Positions 1 to 9,063 of a stretch of 64,000 nt of DNA are shown here, in pieces. Position 1 is the first letter of the stretch. Each line of letters begins with the position of its first letter. Source of the DNA: an uncultured Anaerolineales bacterium (GTDB lineage: Bacteria; Chloroflexota; Anaerolineae; CG2-30-64-16); assembly GCA_964551735.1 (NCBI GenBank), contig CAZKEF010000017.1, positions 31,007-95,006 on the forward strand. Direction: 5' to 3'. Under the pieces are notes generated by a model. It did not search any database. It saw only the letters and a program-made list of their open reading frames with translations, and was not told where the DNA came from. The position numbers and the translations under genes are program-made.

Positions 1-462
1 ATGGTCTTCGGCCGACGGGGGGTCTTCGGCCAGGCGTTCGCGCCGCTGGGCATCGCGTTCACCGACACGGTCTGGGGCATCACGGTCGCGATGGCGTTTG
101 TCGGCCTGCCGTTCCTGGTGAACGCGGCCCGCGAGGCGTTCGACGGGGTGGATCGGGAGTATGAGCTGGCCGCGCTGGCCGACGGCGCGTCGCCGTGGCA
201 GGCGTTCTGGCACGTGACGCTGCCGCAGGCGGGGCGCGGGGTGCTCAGCGGCGCGTTGATGATGTGGGCGCGCGGGGTCAGCGAGTTCGGCGCAGTGGTG
301 ATCCTGGCCTACCACCCCAAGGTGGCCCCGGTGCTGGTGTATCAGCGCTTCGAGGGGTTCGGCCTGGCCGCCGCGCAGGGGGTGGCGACCGTGCTGATCG
401 TCAGCGCGCTGCTGGTGTTCGTGCTGCTCAACCTGGTCGGCCGGCGCCAGGGTTCAGGTTAA
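1..462 (+). CDS. ABC transporter inner-membrane permease, C-terminal part (5' end lies outside window); molybdate/tungstate/sulfate-type
   Basis: ORF open from window edge; multiple hydrophobic TM segments and permease-like cytoplasmic loop; immediately followed by a TOBE/Mop gene as in mod/wtp loci. Confidence 0.55.
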   Translation: MVFGRRGVFGQAFAPLGIAFTDTVWGITVAMAFVGLPFLVNAAREAFDGVDREYELAALADGASPWQAFWHVTLPQAGRGVLSGALMMWARGVSEFGAVVILAYHPKVAPVLVYQRFEGFGLAAAQGVATVLIVSALLVFVLLNLVGRRQGSG

Positions 463-568
463 GCGCAAAGTAATGCAGGTGTCAGAAATCGGGGCAAAAT
501 GTGCTATAGTGAGGGTCGTGATAGCCGGTGACCCGGCAATTTCTGATCTACACCACAAGGAGGGCAGT

Positions 569-772
569 ATGCTCAGCGCACGCAATCAGTTCGCAGGCAC
601 AGTCAAGTCAATCAAGCTCGGCAACGTGATGGCCGAGGTCGTCATTGTCGTCGGGGAGTTGGAGTTCGTGGCCGCGATTACGCGCGGTTCGGTGGAAAGC
701 ATGAATCTGCAGGTCGGCGACGAGGTGCGGGCGGTCGTCAAGGCGACCGAGATGATGGTGGCGAAGGACTGA
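569..772 (+). CDS. TOBE (Mop-like) molybdate/molybdopterin-binding domain protein
   Basis: Start ATG at 569 with AAGGAGGG RBS; sequence MLSARNQFAGTVKSIKLG...VKATEMMVA matches the classic Mop/TOBE single-domain pattern; upstream part of the track ORF (473..) is 5' UTR. Confidence 0.6.
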   Translation: MLSARNQFAGTVKSIKLGNVMAEVVIVVGELEFVAAITRGSVESMNLQVGDEVRAVVKATEMMVAKD

Positions 773-1037
773 GTCCGGCGCAATCCGGCGGATTGCGGTA
801 CTGCTCGACCAGGCGCTCTTTGTGCGCCCGGTCGAGTTTTTTTATAGCCCATTCGCGGCGCAGCGCGGCCGAGCGGTCGGGGACATCTTCGCAGTAGACC
901 AGCTCGACCGGACGGCGGGTGCGGGTGTATGCTGCGCCGCGGCCAGCGTTGTGCTGGGCCAGTCGTAACACCGCGTCGGTCGTCCAGCCGGTGTAGAGGG
1001 TGCCGTCGGCGCAGCGCACCATGTAAACGGTGGGCAC
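738..1037 (-). CDS. GIY-YIG nuclease superfamily protein (UPF0213/YhbQ-like)
   Basis: VYMVRCADGTLYTGWTTD...RL.QHN motif typical of short GIY-YIG proteins; convergent 35-nt overlap with TOBE gene. Confidence 0.5.
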   Translation of the reverse strand: MPTVYMVRCADGTLYTGWTTDAVLRLAQHNAGRGAAYTRTRRPVELVYCEDVPDRSAALRREWAIKKLDRAHKERLVEQYRNPPDCAGLSPSPPSSRSP

Positions 1038-1045
1038 GCGGCCCC

Positions 1046-2032
1046 CTACTTACGTTTGGATTTCTCGCCCGGCAAGCGCATGCGGCCCATGAACAGCTCG
1101 CGCATGGAGCGCCCCATCGTGGGGATCTCTGTCTCTGGCGCCTCATCCCAGACGCCGCGCTCGTAGGCTGAAACCCAACGGCGGCCGGTCACTAACCCGT
1201 CCTCGAGCCGGGCAGCCAACTCTGCTTCCTGGCCCGCCTGCAACTGCGCCTGCCAGACGCCCAACTCAGCGATCAGCGTCTCGATCCAACGGAGCAGCGG
1301 CTCGCGATTGGCGATCAACCCGGCTGCGGCGTCTTTGCCGGTACGGGCCATCACCTGGGTGCCCGCAAAAAACTGCATGCCGGCCAGTTTGCGCATGTCG
1401 TGCCAACTCGTGCTGTGGCTGGCCGCGGCCATCAGCGCTCCCGCCAGCACGGCCGGCAGATGCTCCACTGCGGCCGCCATGCCATCGTGCTCCACCGGGT
1501 CAAGGAAGAACGGCTGCGCGCCCAGCGCTTCCACCAGGTCGGCGGCCAGATGCACGGCCCCGTCGTGGGTGGTCGTGTCGGCAGTCAGGCAGAAGAGCTT
1601 GCGCTCGAATAGATCGGCGCGAGCAGCCTCGCTGCCTTCGGGGTCGGCCAGAACCACGGGGTGGCCGCCGACGAAGTGAACGCCCGGTGGCAGCAGCTCG
1701 GCCGCCCAAGCCATCACCGGCGCCTTGATGTCCGCGGTATCAACGATCACACAGCCGGGCTTCAGGTCCTGGGCGATGAACTTCAGGGTGTCCCGGATCT
1801 CGCTGGCCGGCAGCGCCAGCAGCACGCGGTCGGCGCCATTCACCGCGCCGACCAGGTTCCAGTCGGTGCGATCCACCGCGCCCAGCTTCTTGGCGTGCCC
1901 TGCCGCGCCCGGATCGCGATCGTGCCCCACCACGGTCACTTTGTCCTGGTAGCGCCGCAGCGCCAACCCGGCCGAGGTTCCGATCAGCCCCAGGCCCACG
2001 ATGGTCACTTGTAGTTTGTCGGTCATGGTCAT
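1046..2032 (-). CDS. tyrA: prephenate/arogenate dehydrogenase
   Basis: N-terminal Rossmann GxGxxG ([10 protein letters not shown]), PDH-family core and C-terminal dimerisation region. Confidence 0.7.
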   Translation of the reverse strand: MTMTDKLQVTIVGLGLIGTSAGLALRRYQDKVTVVGHDRDPGAAGHAKKLGAVDRTDWNLVGAVNGADRVLLALPASEIRDTLKFIAQDLKPGCVIVDTADIKAPVMAWAAELLPPGVHFVGGHPVVLADPEGSEAARADLFERKLFCLTADTTTHDGAVHLAADLVEALGAQPFFLDPVEHDGMAAAVEHLPAVLAGALMAAASHSTSWHDMRKLAGMQFFAGTQVMARTGKDAAAGLIANREPLLRWIETLIAELGVWQAQLQAGQEAELAARLEDGLVTGRRWVSAYERGVWDEAPETEIPTMGRSMRELFMGRMRLPGEKSKRK

Positions 2033-2037
2033 CTCTT

Positions 2038-2628
2038 TCAGTTGTCGTCATCGGCCGCTTGCAGCGCGGCCAGGAGTGCGTTCAGGGATTGGAAATCCCC
2101 GTCTGAACGTGAGAAGCCCCCGCAGGGGCTAACGGATAAGGCTACCCGTTCCTGGTGTCGCCGGATCAGCAGCACAGCCAACGGATCGCAGCCCGCGGCG
2201 GCGGCCATGTCAGCCCCGGTCGTCGGATGATTGGCGTGCGCCCAGAACGGGTAGCGCAGATCGGCGCGCGGCGGGTGCGGCAGGGCCGCCCACGCCGCTA
2301 ACACCTGCGGCCGGAACGCCTTCAGCAGCACGATCGCGACCCGGTGCAGCAGCGTCAGGCCGGCGAAAGCTTTCGCGGCGTCGTGCAGCAGCGCGGCCTG
2401 CAGGAGGGCCGGCTCACCGTGGCCCGCGGCCCGCAGCGTCCGCAGCACCGCCAGGCTGTGGCGCTGATCGTTGCGCGGCATCGCGTCGAACAACGGCTGC
2501 GCCCCGGGGGGCAGGGCCGCGTGCGCCTCGGCCCGCTCGTCGTCGGTCAAGGGCGCCAGATAGGCGGCCACTGCCCGAAAGAACTGCCTGACCCGGTAGG
2601 CCGCGCGCACCGGCACGGTGGCGTTCAC
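2038..2628 (-). CDS. HD-domain phosphohydrolase-like protein
   Basis: H...HD motif (HSLAVL...LLHDAAK); GTG start overlapping stop of upstream M50 gene by GTGA; N-terminal part of longer track ORF is overlap artefact. Confidence 0.45.
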   Translation of the reverse strand: MNATVPVRAAYRVRQFFRAVAAYLAPLTDDERAEAHAALPPGAQPLFDAMPRNDQRHSLAVLRTLRAAGHGEPALLQAALLHDAAKAFAGLTLLHRVAIVLLKAFRPQVLAAWAALPHPPRADLRYPFWAHANHPTTGADMAAAAGCDPLAVLLIRRHQERVALSVSPCGGFSRSDGDFQSLNALLAALQAADDDN

Positions 2629-3260
2629 CCCATCCCCAGCAGCGCGCGCGTCAATGCCGTGATGCCCGTGCCCAGGAAGCGGCCCAGGATGTCCAGCCGG
2701 GGCGAAACGTAACCGATGAGGAACAGCCCCAACAGGATCATCGGGCCGTACATCTGTAGCGGTTGCAAAACCTGCGCGGCGCGCTCGCCTATCACGCCGC
2801 GCAACACGCTGTTGCCATCCAGCGGCGCCAACGGGATCAGGTTGAACAGGAACAGCGCCACGTTGATGGCGACGAACCTCCAGAAGAAATCGAGCACGTC
2901 GGACGGCATCCCGGCCAGCAGCCCCAGCCGCCACGGCACGGCCACCAACGCGGCCATCAGCAGGTTGCTGGCGGGGCCCGCGGCCGAGACCAGCGCATGG
3001 CCCACCCGCGGCCCGAAACGCAGCCGCCATGGGTTCACCGGCACCGGCTTGGCCCAGCCGATGAAGCTCGCCACGAGCAGCAGGGAGCCGACCGGGTCCA
3101 GGTGCGCCAGGGGGTTGAGCGTCAGCCGGCCCTGCCGCGCAGCCGTGTCATCGCCCAGGAGGTAGGCCGCGTAGGCGTGCGCGGCTTCATGGATCGGAAA
3201 GCCGACCAGGAGGATGACGAGCTTGGCGAGCAGGGAAGGGAGATCGAAGAAATCGAGCAA
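2625..3260 (-). CDS. site-2 protease family zinc metalloprotease (peptidase M50)
   Basis: HEAAH zinc motif inside TM helix, LDG motif, polytopic membrane profile. Confidence 0.65.
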   Translation of the reverse strand: MLDFFDLPSLLAKLVILLVGFPIHEAAHAYAAYLLGDDTAARQGRLTLNPLAHLDPVGSLLLVASFIGWAKPVPVNPWRLRFGPRVGHALVSAAGPASNLLMAALVAVPWRLGLLAGMPSDVLDFFWRFVAINVALFLFNLIPLAPLDGNSVLRGVIGERAAQVLQPLQMYGPMILLGLFLIGYVSPRLDILGRFLGTGITALTRALLGMG

Positions 3261-3395
3261 GAAAACCTCTTTGAAAACGGCTCAGCCTGTTCCTACCGTG
3301 GCAAGTATACGATGCGCATGAACCTATGTCAAACCCATCCCGCGCGGCCGCCCATCAGCTTACCTTTTTGCCCTTGCACGTGCTATCATCACACC

Positions 3396-6077
3396 ATGAC
3401 CCGCCGCACCCTTGACCTCAGCACCCTGCCCTGGCAGTTCGGCCCCGTCGAGCGCCAGCCGTTTACTGCGCAGCCGGCCGATGACCGCGCGGCCGCGGCC
3501 GAGTGGCTGCCTGCACGCGTGCCCGGCGACGTGCGCGCGGACCTGATCGCGGCCGGCCGCATCCCACCCCTCGACACGCCCGAAGGGATCGCCGCGGGCG
3601 CGTGGATTGATGACCGCGATTGGTGGTATCGCGTGACGCTGCCCGGCGGCCTTGCGCCGGATGAGGTTGCGATCCTGGAAGCGGACGGCATTGACTTCTA
3701 CAGCGCGATCTGGCTGGATGACCGCCTGCTCAGCACGCACGCGGGGATGTTCAGCCGGCAGACGGCCGTTTTGACACCCACCTTGAACGCTCCCGGCCCG
3801 CACGAGTTGGCGATCCGCATCTGGGGCGCGGGCGCGCTGCCGAGGGGGGCGAACCGGCCCTGGCGCCGGGCGATCCGTTGGCTGCTGGGTAAGGTCAGCC
3901 CGGCGGCCGAGTACTTCCCCGACCGGCTGCTGACCCCCAAAGCGCAGTTCAGCTTCGGGTGGGACTTCGCCCCGCAGGTGCTCAGCACGGGCATCTGGGA
4001 CGAGATCCGGTTGGTGGTGGCGCGGGGCGCGTATGTCGAGGATCTGTGGGTGGAGGCAGAGCCGGTAGTGGGAGAAGGTGAGCAGAGGGGCGGAGGAGCA
4101 GGGGCGCGGAGGAGCAGGGGGGCAGAGGAGAAAGGGAGCGGGGGAGAAGCAGAGACAGTCATGGCGCGCTTTCGCATGCACTTGCGTTTGCGACGCTGGC
4201 GGGCGCGGCCTTTGCGCGTTGATGTTTCAATCGTCCGCGCACACGACGCTTCATTGGCAACCGATGTCACACTCAGTTACTCATCCCACCGCGGCAACGT
4301 GCGCCCAGAACGACAGCTCTCTTATGTCATGCTGAACGGGTCCACAATTCAAGACACATTGCAGCGCACCACCAGTGAAGCATCTCCACAATGGGAGTTT
4401 CCTGCTGGCGTCACCGAAGAAGATCTCGCTTTAGAGTGCGACCTTCCCGCCGCGCGGCTCTGGTGGCCGTGGGATCAGGGCGAGCCGTGCTTGTACCGGG
4501 TGACCGTACGGCTGGTGGGCGATGACAGCGTGCTGGACGAGGTCAGCCGTGTGGTGGGCGTGCGTTCCGTGCGCCGGGAGCCGCTGCCGGAGGGCAACGG
4601 CTGGCGCTTCGTGATCAACGGCCGGCCCGTTTTCCTGCGCGGGGCCAATTGGGCGCCGGCCGACCTGCTGCCAGGGCGTGTGACCCAGGCTGACTACGAG
4701 CGGCTGCTGGCCCAGGCGCGCTCGGCCGGGATCAATTTCCTGCGCGTGTGGGGCGGCGGGGTGCGCGAAAAGCGCTCGTTCTGGGAGACGTGCGACCGGC
4801 TGGGGATCATGGCGTGGCAGGAGTTCCCGCTGGCCTGCACGTTCCTGGATCACTACCCACGGGATGGAACTGGTTCTGAGGATTGGACGCGGACGAGCGC
4901 GGATGAACGCGGACAGTTCAGATTTTCCGCGCTTGTCCGCGCTCGTCCGCGTCCACACCCAATCACATCCGGTGATGCGAGCAGCTACCTGGCGCTCCTG
5001 GCCTCGGAAGCGCGAGGGATGATCCGGGCGCTGCGCAACCATCCCAGCCTGATTGCCTGGTGCGGCGGCAACGAGATCAACCCCGGTCGCGAGCGCCTGC
5101 CCCTGGCCGCCATCCAGAACGTGCTGGCCGAGGAAGACCCCGACCGGCCGTGGCTGCCCGCGTCGCCGGCTGCGGGGGACGTACACCGCTGGGACGTGTG
5201 GCACGGCTTCGCGCCGTGGACAGCACTCCAACACGAAACCGCGGGGCTGGTGAGTGAGTTCGGCCTGCAGGCGTTGCCCGATCCGGCCACCGTGGCCGAG
5301 ATGTTCCCCGACGGCAACCCGACGGGCCTGACCGACCCGCGCTGGGCCGGCCGCAAGGCCCAGGTCGCCAAGCTGCTGCACTACGCCGGCCCCGAAGCTG
5401 CCAGCCCCCTCGACCGCGCCATCGCCGCCACCCAACGCGCGCAAGCGGCCGGGCTGCAGGCGGGCATCGAAGCGTGTCGCCTGCGCAGGACGACAGAAAA
5501 CGGGACGCGGATGAACGCGGACGGACGCGAAAGACTCCCAGAAGACAGTTTCCGCGCTTGTCCGCGCTCGTCCGCGTCCCATTCGCTGCCAGGCTGCGCG
5601 GGGGTGGTCTTCTGGCAGTTTAGCGAGCCGTGGCCTGCGGTGAGCTGGGCCGTGATTGACCGCGCGGGTCGGCCCAAAGCGGCCTACGCCATGCTCCAGC
5701 GCTGCTTCCAGCCCGTCCTGATCGCCGCGCGTTTCCCCTGGCGTCGCTACGCCGTAGGCGACACCTTCGCCGCCGAAATCTGGCTGGTGAACGATGGGCC
5801 GCTGGCCCGCGCAGGCTGCCGCGCTGAAGCCGCGCTGGATGGCCAGGCGGTTTGGGCAGAGGAAGGGATCGCGCTGCCCGCGGCCGGCAGCGTCCAGGCC
5901 GGCGAGTTGACGGTCAAGCTGGAGGCCGCGCCGCGCGCCCTGGCCCTGCGCCTGCTCTGCGCGGGTGAGGTGCTGGCGACCAACATCTACGACCTGGCGG
6001 TCCACCTGCCCGGCCGGCAGCCGTTGCGCCCGCGCATCCTCCAATGGATCGCTGAACTGCTTTTGATGTCCCGTTGA
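3396..6077 (+). CDS. glycoside hydrolase family 2 (beta-mannosidase-like) with three in-frame repeat insertions
   Basis: ATG at 3396 (residue 212 of track ORF; upstream part overlaps M50 gene on other strand). GH2 N-terminal sugar-binding region (LPWQFGPV...WLPARVPGDV...WWYRVT), TIM-barrel region (INFLRVWGGG...WQEFPLAC... CGGNEI). Reading frame stays open across a G-rich minisatellite (4072-4155) and two palindromic elements (4885-4954, 5501-5579). Confidence 0.65.
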   Translation: MTRRTLDLSTLPWQFGPVERQPFTAQPADDRAAAAEWLPARVPGDVRADLIAAGRIPPLDTPEGIAAGAWIDDRDWWYRVTLPGGLAPDEVAILEADGIDFYSAIWLDDRLLSTHAGMFSRQTAVLTPTLNAPGPHELAIRIWGAGALPRGANRPWRRAIRWLLGKVSPAAEYFPDRLLTPKAQFSFGWDFAPQVLSTGIWDEIRLVVARGAYVEDLWVEAEPVVGEGEQRGGGAGARRSRGAEEKGSGGEAETVMARFRMHLRLRRWRARPLRVDVSIVRAHDASLATDVTLSYSSHRGNVRPERQLSYVMLNGSTIQDTLQRTTSEASPQWEFPAGVTEEDLALECDLPAARLWWPWDQGEPCLYRVTVRLVGDDSVLDEVSRVVGVRSVRREPLPEGNGWRFVINGRPVFLRGANWAPADLLPGRVTQADYERLLAQARSAGINFLRVWGGGVREKRSFWETCDRLGIMAWQEFPLACTFLDHYPRDGTGSEDWTRTSADERGQFRFSALVRARPRPHPITSGDASSYLALLASEARGMIRALRNHPSLIAWCGGNEINPGRERLPLAAIQNVLAEEDPDRPWLPASPAAGDVHRWDVWHGFAPWTALQHETAGLVSEFGLQALPDPATVAEMFPDGNPTGLTDPRWAGRKAQVAKLLHYAGPEAASPLDRAIAATQRAQAAGLQAGIEACRLRRTTENGTRMNADGRERLPEDSFRACPRSSASHSLPGCAGVVFWQFSEPWPAVSWAVIDRAGRPKAAYAMLQRCFQPVLIAARFPWRRYAVGDTFAAEIWLVNDGPLARAGCRAEAALDGQAVWAEEGIALPAAGSVQAGELTVKLEAAPRALALRLLCAGEVLATNIYDLAVHLPGRQPLRPRILQWIAELLLMSR
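4072..4155. repeat. G-rich octamer minisatellite (GGAGCAGG/GGGGAGCA-type units), in-frame inside GH2 gene
   Basis: Tandem 8-nt units readable directly; encodes GEGEQRGGGAGARRSRGAEEKGSGGE; related arrays at 6241-6300, 6908-6960, 11778-11820. Confidence 0.6.
4885..4954. repeat. palindromic MITE/RPE-like element copy 1 (arms GGACGCGGACGAGCGCGGA / TCCGCGCTCGTCCGCGTCC), in-frame in GH2 gene
   Basis: Left arm ggacgcggacgagcgcggatgaacgcggac, right arm ttccgcgcttgtccgcgctcgtccgcgtcc are reverse complements; encodes WTRTSADERGQFRFSALVRARPRPH. Confidence 0.7.
5501..5579. repeat. palindromic MITE/RPE-like element copy 2, in-frame in GH2 gene
   Basis: gggacgcggatgaacgcggacggacgcg ... ttccgcgcttgtccgcgctcgtccgcgtccc; same arms as copy 1; encodes NGTRMNADGRERLPEDSFRACPRSSAS. 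Confidence 0.7.
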
Positions 6078-6112
6078 CATATCGCACGGTTTGGGCTATC
6101 CTACAACTTGTC

Positions 6113-7201
6113 ATGCGCATCGTCATCAACGGCTGGTTTCACGATCAACTTGCCACCGGCAGTGGCCAATACCTCGCCGCCCTGGCCGAGTGGCTGCCGC
6201 GCGTTGGGCAGGAGCATGAGTTTGTGGTGGTGCAACCGGGCGGGGGAGCAGAGGGGCGGAGGAGCAGGGGAGCAGGGGAGCAGGGGGGCAGGGGGGCACC
6301 TGAGTACGGCGAATCGGTGAATCAGCGAATCAGCGAGTCAGCGAGTCAGCGAATCGGCGAATCTCGAAAGACACCATCCGCCATTCGCCATTCGCTATTT
6401 GCTATTCGAACCCCCTTCGACCGCCTCGACCCGAATCTGGCCAAGCTCTGGTTCGAACAGGTCGGGTTCCCCCTGGCGTGCCGGCGGCTGCGGGCCGATG
6501 TGGCGTTCGTGCCCTATTGGGGCTCGCCGTGGTGGTCCCCCTGCCCGGTCATCGTTACGATCCATGACCTGATCCCGCTGCTGCTGCCGCAGTACCGGGG
6601 CGGGCCGCTGCAGCGCGCGTACACGGGGCTGGTGGGCCGGGCCGCGCGCCGCGCGGCCTCGGTGCTCACCGATTCCGAGGCCAGCAAGCGTGACATCATG
6701 GCGCACCTCCGCATCCCGGCCGAGCGCGTCCACGCGATCCACCTGGCGGCCGACCCGCGTTATCGCCCCGTGACCGATCCCGCGACGCTGGCAACCGTGG
6801 ACACAAAGTACAACTTATCGGACAGGCCGTTCGTATTGTATTTGGGCGGTTTCGACGCGCGGAAGAATGTGGTGCGGATGGTGGAGGCGTATGCGCGGCT
6901 GGTGGAACAGGAGCCAGGAGGCAGGAGGCAGGGGGCAGGGGGTGGGGGGCAGGGGACCGGGGTCAGGTTGGTGATCGCCGGGAAGTTGCCGGAGGTGGAC
7001 AGCGCGTTCGCGCCTGACCCGCGGCCGGTGGTGGCGCGGCTGGGGCTGGCGGAGCGGGTGCATTTCACCGGCTGGGTGGACGAGGCGGACAAGCCGGCCC
7101 TCTATTCGCTGGCGGCCGCGACGGTGTTCGTGAGTGAGTACGAGGGGTTCGGCCTGCCGGTGTTGGAGGCCATGGCGTGTGAATCTCCTCCCGAAATGTA
7201 G
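6113..7201 (+). CDS. GT4 family glycosyltransferase, apparently truncated shortly after the EX7E motif; carries in-frame minisatellite insertions
   Basis: ATG at 6113; GT4 N-domain then ...YEGFGLPVLEAMACESPPEM* stops about 12 aa after EAMA where GT4 enzymes normally continue about 90 aa; stop is immediately followed by MITE-like element E1; possible pseudogene/disrupted gene. Confidence 0.5.
   Translation: MRIVINGWFHDQLATGSGQYLAALAEWLPRVGQEHEFVVVQPGGGAEGRRSRGAGEQGGRGAPEYGESVNQRISESASQRIGESRKTPSAIRHSLFAIRTPFDRLDPNLAKLWFEQVGFPLACRRLRADVAFVPYWGSPWWSPCPVIVTIHDLIPLLLPQYRGGPLQRAYTGLVGRAARRAASVLTDSEASKRDIMAHLRIPAERVHAIHLAADPRYRPVTDPATLATVDTKYNLSDRPFVLYLGGFDARKNVVRMVEAYARLVEQEPGGRRQGAGGGGQGTGVRLVIAGKLPEVDSAFAPDPRPVVARLGLAERVHFTGWVDEADKPALYSLAAATVFVSEYEGFGLPVLEAMACESPPEM
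6241..6410. repeat. composite minisatellite: GGGGAGCA octamers x~6, then GAATCAGC octamers x~6, then CCATTCG heptamers x~5 (in-frame in GT4 gene)
   Basis: Direct reading of tandem units; same composite organisation (G-rich octamers followed by A/T-richer units) recurs at 11778-11878. Confidence 0.6.
6908..6960. repeat. G-rich tandem repeat (GGAGGCAG / GGGGGCAG units) in-frame in GT4 gene
   Basis: ggagccaggaggcaggaggcagggggcagggggtggggggcagggg; encodes EPGGRRQGAGGGGQG. Confidence 0.5.
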
Positions 7202-7340
7202 CGGAGCACCCTGAGCGGAGCCGGGTAGGGCTCCGGCGGAGTCGAAGGGTGCAGAGCGGTCGTCGCGCAAGGCCGCATCCTTCGACTGGTGATCATTTGT
7301 CAAGTAGGTTAGTTCGTAGACCCGCTCAGGATGCTTGCTC
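7202..7340. repeat. MITE-like element E1 with terminal inverted repeats containing CCGCTCAGG(A/G)TGCT core and an internal hairpin (gtcgaagggtgc...gcatccttcgac)
   Basis: Left end gagcaccctgagcgg is inverted copy of right end ccgctcaggatgcttgctc; reverse complement of E1 aligns along its length with element E2 at 8850-9050. Confidence 0.45.
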
Positions 7341-7388
7341 CTTTTCCAAACAAGCTGCTTGTCGCTTTGGATTCTAGTCGGAGTTCTA

Positions 7389-8828
7389 ATGCCCAACCAG
7401 GACAGCCTGAACCGGGCCGTAAGCAACATCTTGGGGCGCACTTTTAACCTGCGCCGCGACCAAAACCTGCTGGTCTTCGTCGAGGCAGGCGCCCTGGAGG
7501 TCGTGGAGGCGCTGGCGCGGGGCGGTCGCGAGCTGGGGATCTCCGTAACTGCTTTCTTCGTGCCGCGCGTCTTACAAACCGAGAGCCGACAGGGGAAGGG
7601 GCTGCCGCTGCCGGTCGAGGCGGCCATCCGTGAGGCCGACGCCATCCTGAGCTGCCTGTCGGACCAGCCGGAGCTGCGTGATTATGGGCTGCGGGTGCTG
7701 CACACGAGCTGGAGCCGCCGCGCCAAGGTGGCCCACGCGCCAAACCTCACCCTGGAGGGCTTGCGCCTGGCCGATGTGGACTACAACCCGCTGGCGGAAC
7801 AGGCCCGGGTTCTGGCGCTGACGCTGATCCTGGGCAAGCGCATCGAGATCGCCACCACCGACAGCCGCAAGCAGGAGCACCGGCTGAGCCTGCGTATCAG
7901 CGGATGGAGCAACCCGCCCGGCATCAACGACGGCGTGCTGCGCGACGGCTCGTGGGGCGACCTGCTGCCCGGCCAGGTCTACATCGTGCCGCGCACCGGC
8001 GAGGGCCAGATCGTGGTCAACGGCGCCCTGCCGGGCCGGGTGCTCGGCGCCAACGAGGAGCTGATCCTCACGTTCCGCGATGGCCGGCTGGCCGGCATCG
8101 AGCCGGAAGACAGCCCGGCGGCCCGGCATCTGCGCGACACGCAGTTTGCTTATGCCGAGCGTCGCGGGGACCCCAATTGGGGCAGCCTGGCCGAGATCGG
8201 CTTCGGCCTCAACCCTGCCGTGCAAGACCTCTGCGGGGTCAGCGCGATGGACAACAAAAAAGCGCACACCATCCACATCGGCCTGGGCCAGAACACCACC
8301 ATCGGCGGCGACATCGAGTCCCTGATCCATTGCGACCTGGTCATCCGGCGGCCCACGGTCTTCGTGAACGGCCGCCTGATCATGAAGCGCGGGGACTGGC
8401 GGATCAACGAGGCCGACTGGCGCCTGGATCATCGCACGGCCGCCGCGCCGGCCGGCTGGTGGGATCAGTTGGCCCTCTTCGGCCGGAGCGGGGTGCGCAC
8501 CGAGCGCGAGGGTGGGCGGCTGATGTGCGCGTGGAACGCGGGCCGAGGCCGGTGGGACAGCGCGGCGGTCGGCGTCGAGGGGACCGCGCGGCTGGCGGCA
8601 CGGCTCTATGACCTGCTGCCGGAGACCGGCGCCCTGGTGCCTCGTGACCGGCTCCTGGCCGACGCCACAGATGCCAGCATCCCGGAGGGGGTCTTGCCGG
8701 GGCTGTTCTGGGTATTGCAGCAGTTCGACCTGGTGCGGCTGGTGGCCGGCGGCGAAGCCGCGGCCGGCGCCCCGCGACCGGCGGGGAGCGGGAATCCTGT
8801 CTTGCGCCGGCACGTGGGGCCGGTGTAA
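7389..8828 (+). CDS. M29-family aminopeptidase (AmpS / aminopeptidase T-like) with about 130-aa C-terminal extension
   Basis: ATG at 7389; C-terminal signature AHTIHIGLGQNTTIGGDIESLIHCDLV matches M29 HIAxG...GGN.S.IHxD motif region. Confidence 0.55.
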   Translation: MPNQDSLNRAVSNILGRTFNLRRDQNLLVFVEAGALEVVEALARGGRELGISVTAFFVPRVLQTESRQGKGLPLPVEAAIREADAILSCLSDQPELRDYGLRVLHTSWSRRAKVAHAPNLTLEGLRLADVDYNPLAEQARVLALTLILGKRIEIATTDSRKQEHRLSLRISGWSNPPGINDGVLRDGSWGDLLPGQVYIVPRTGEGQIVVNGALPGRVLGANEELILTFRDGRLAGIEPEDSPAARHLRDTQFAYAERRGDPNWGSLAEIGFGLNPAVQDLCGVSAMDNKKAHTIHIGLGQNTTIGGDIESLIHCDLVIRRPTVFVNGRLIMKRGDWRINEADWRLDHRTAAAPAGWWDQLALFGRSGVRTEREGGRLMCAWNAGRGRWDSAAVGVEGTARLAARLYDLLPETGALVPRDRLLADATDASIPEGVLPGLFWVLQQFDLVRLVAGGEAAAGAPRPAGSGNPVLRRHVGPV

Positions 8829-8849
8829 GTTGCCTTACAGCAAGGAACT

Positions 8850-9050
8850 CCCTTATGTCACGGCTTTGCCGTGAGCGGGTTAACGACTCAAAGCTCATTA
8901 CGGCAAATGTCCAGCGAAGCATCTATCAGGCCGAAGCTTCTCTTGCACTGCGACGAGACCCTTCGCTGGAATCGCGCCGCAACGCACCTCACGGGACGGA
9001 CCCGCTCAGGGTGACAGAAGCAAGTTTCGCGGTATTGCGTTGTCTTTGCT
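8850..9050. repeat. MITE-like element E2, inverted relative to E1, in 5' UTR of ATPase operon
   Basis: cgtgagcgggttaacgactcaa ... ccagcgaag...cttcgctgg hairpin ... gacccgctcagggtgacagaagcaag aligns with reverse complement of E1. Confidence 0.4.
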
Positions 9051-9063
9051 AAGGAGCGTCATC

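Noticed and set aside
2763-3395. 5' extension of the GH2 ORF (track start 2763).
   Set aside because: The extension overlaps the M50 protease gene on the opposite strand and is low-complexity. Genuine GH2 homology begins at the ATG at 3396.
4431-6080. 549-aa minus-strand ORF antisense to the GH2 gene, and similar long antisense ORFs elsewhere. Examples: 586-1146, 7572-8813, 9049-10332, 10554-11843, 11859-12839, 33873-35276 (+), 35623-36462, 40909-41952, 53231-54730, 55195-56373, 57788-58732, 61918-63330.
   Set aside because: High-GC DNA lacks stop codons in most frames. These ORFs overlap well-supported genes on the other strand. Their products are Arg/Ala/Pro/Gly-rich low-complexity sequence with no recognisable motifs.
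6241-6410. Possible CRISPR array suggested by the short tandem repeats.
   Set aside because: The units are 7-8 nt, directly abutting, with no spacers and no cas genes. These are minisatellites, not CRISPR.
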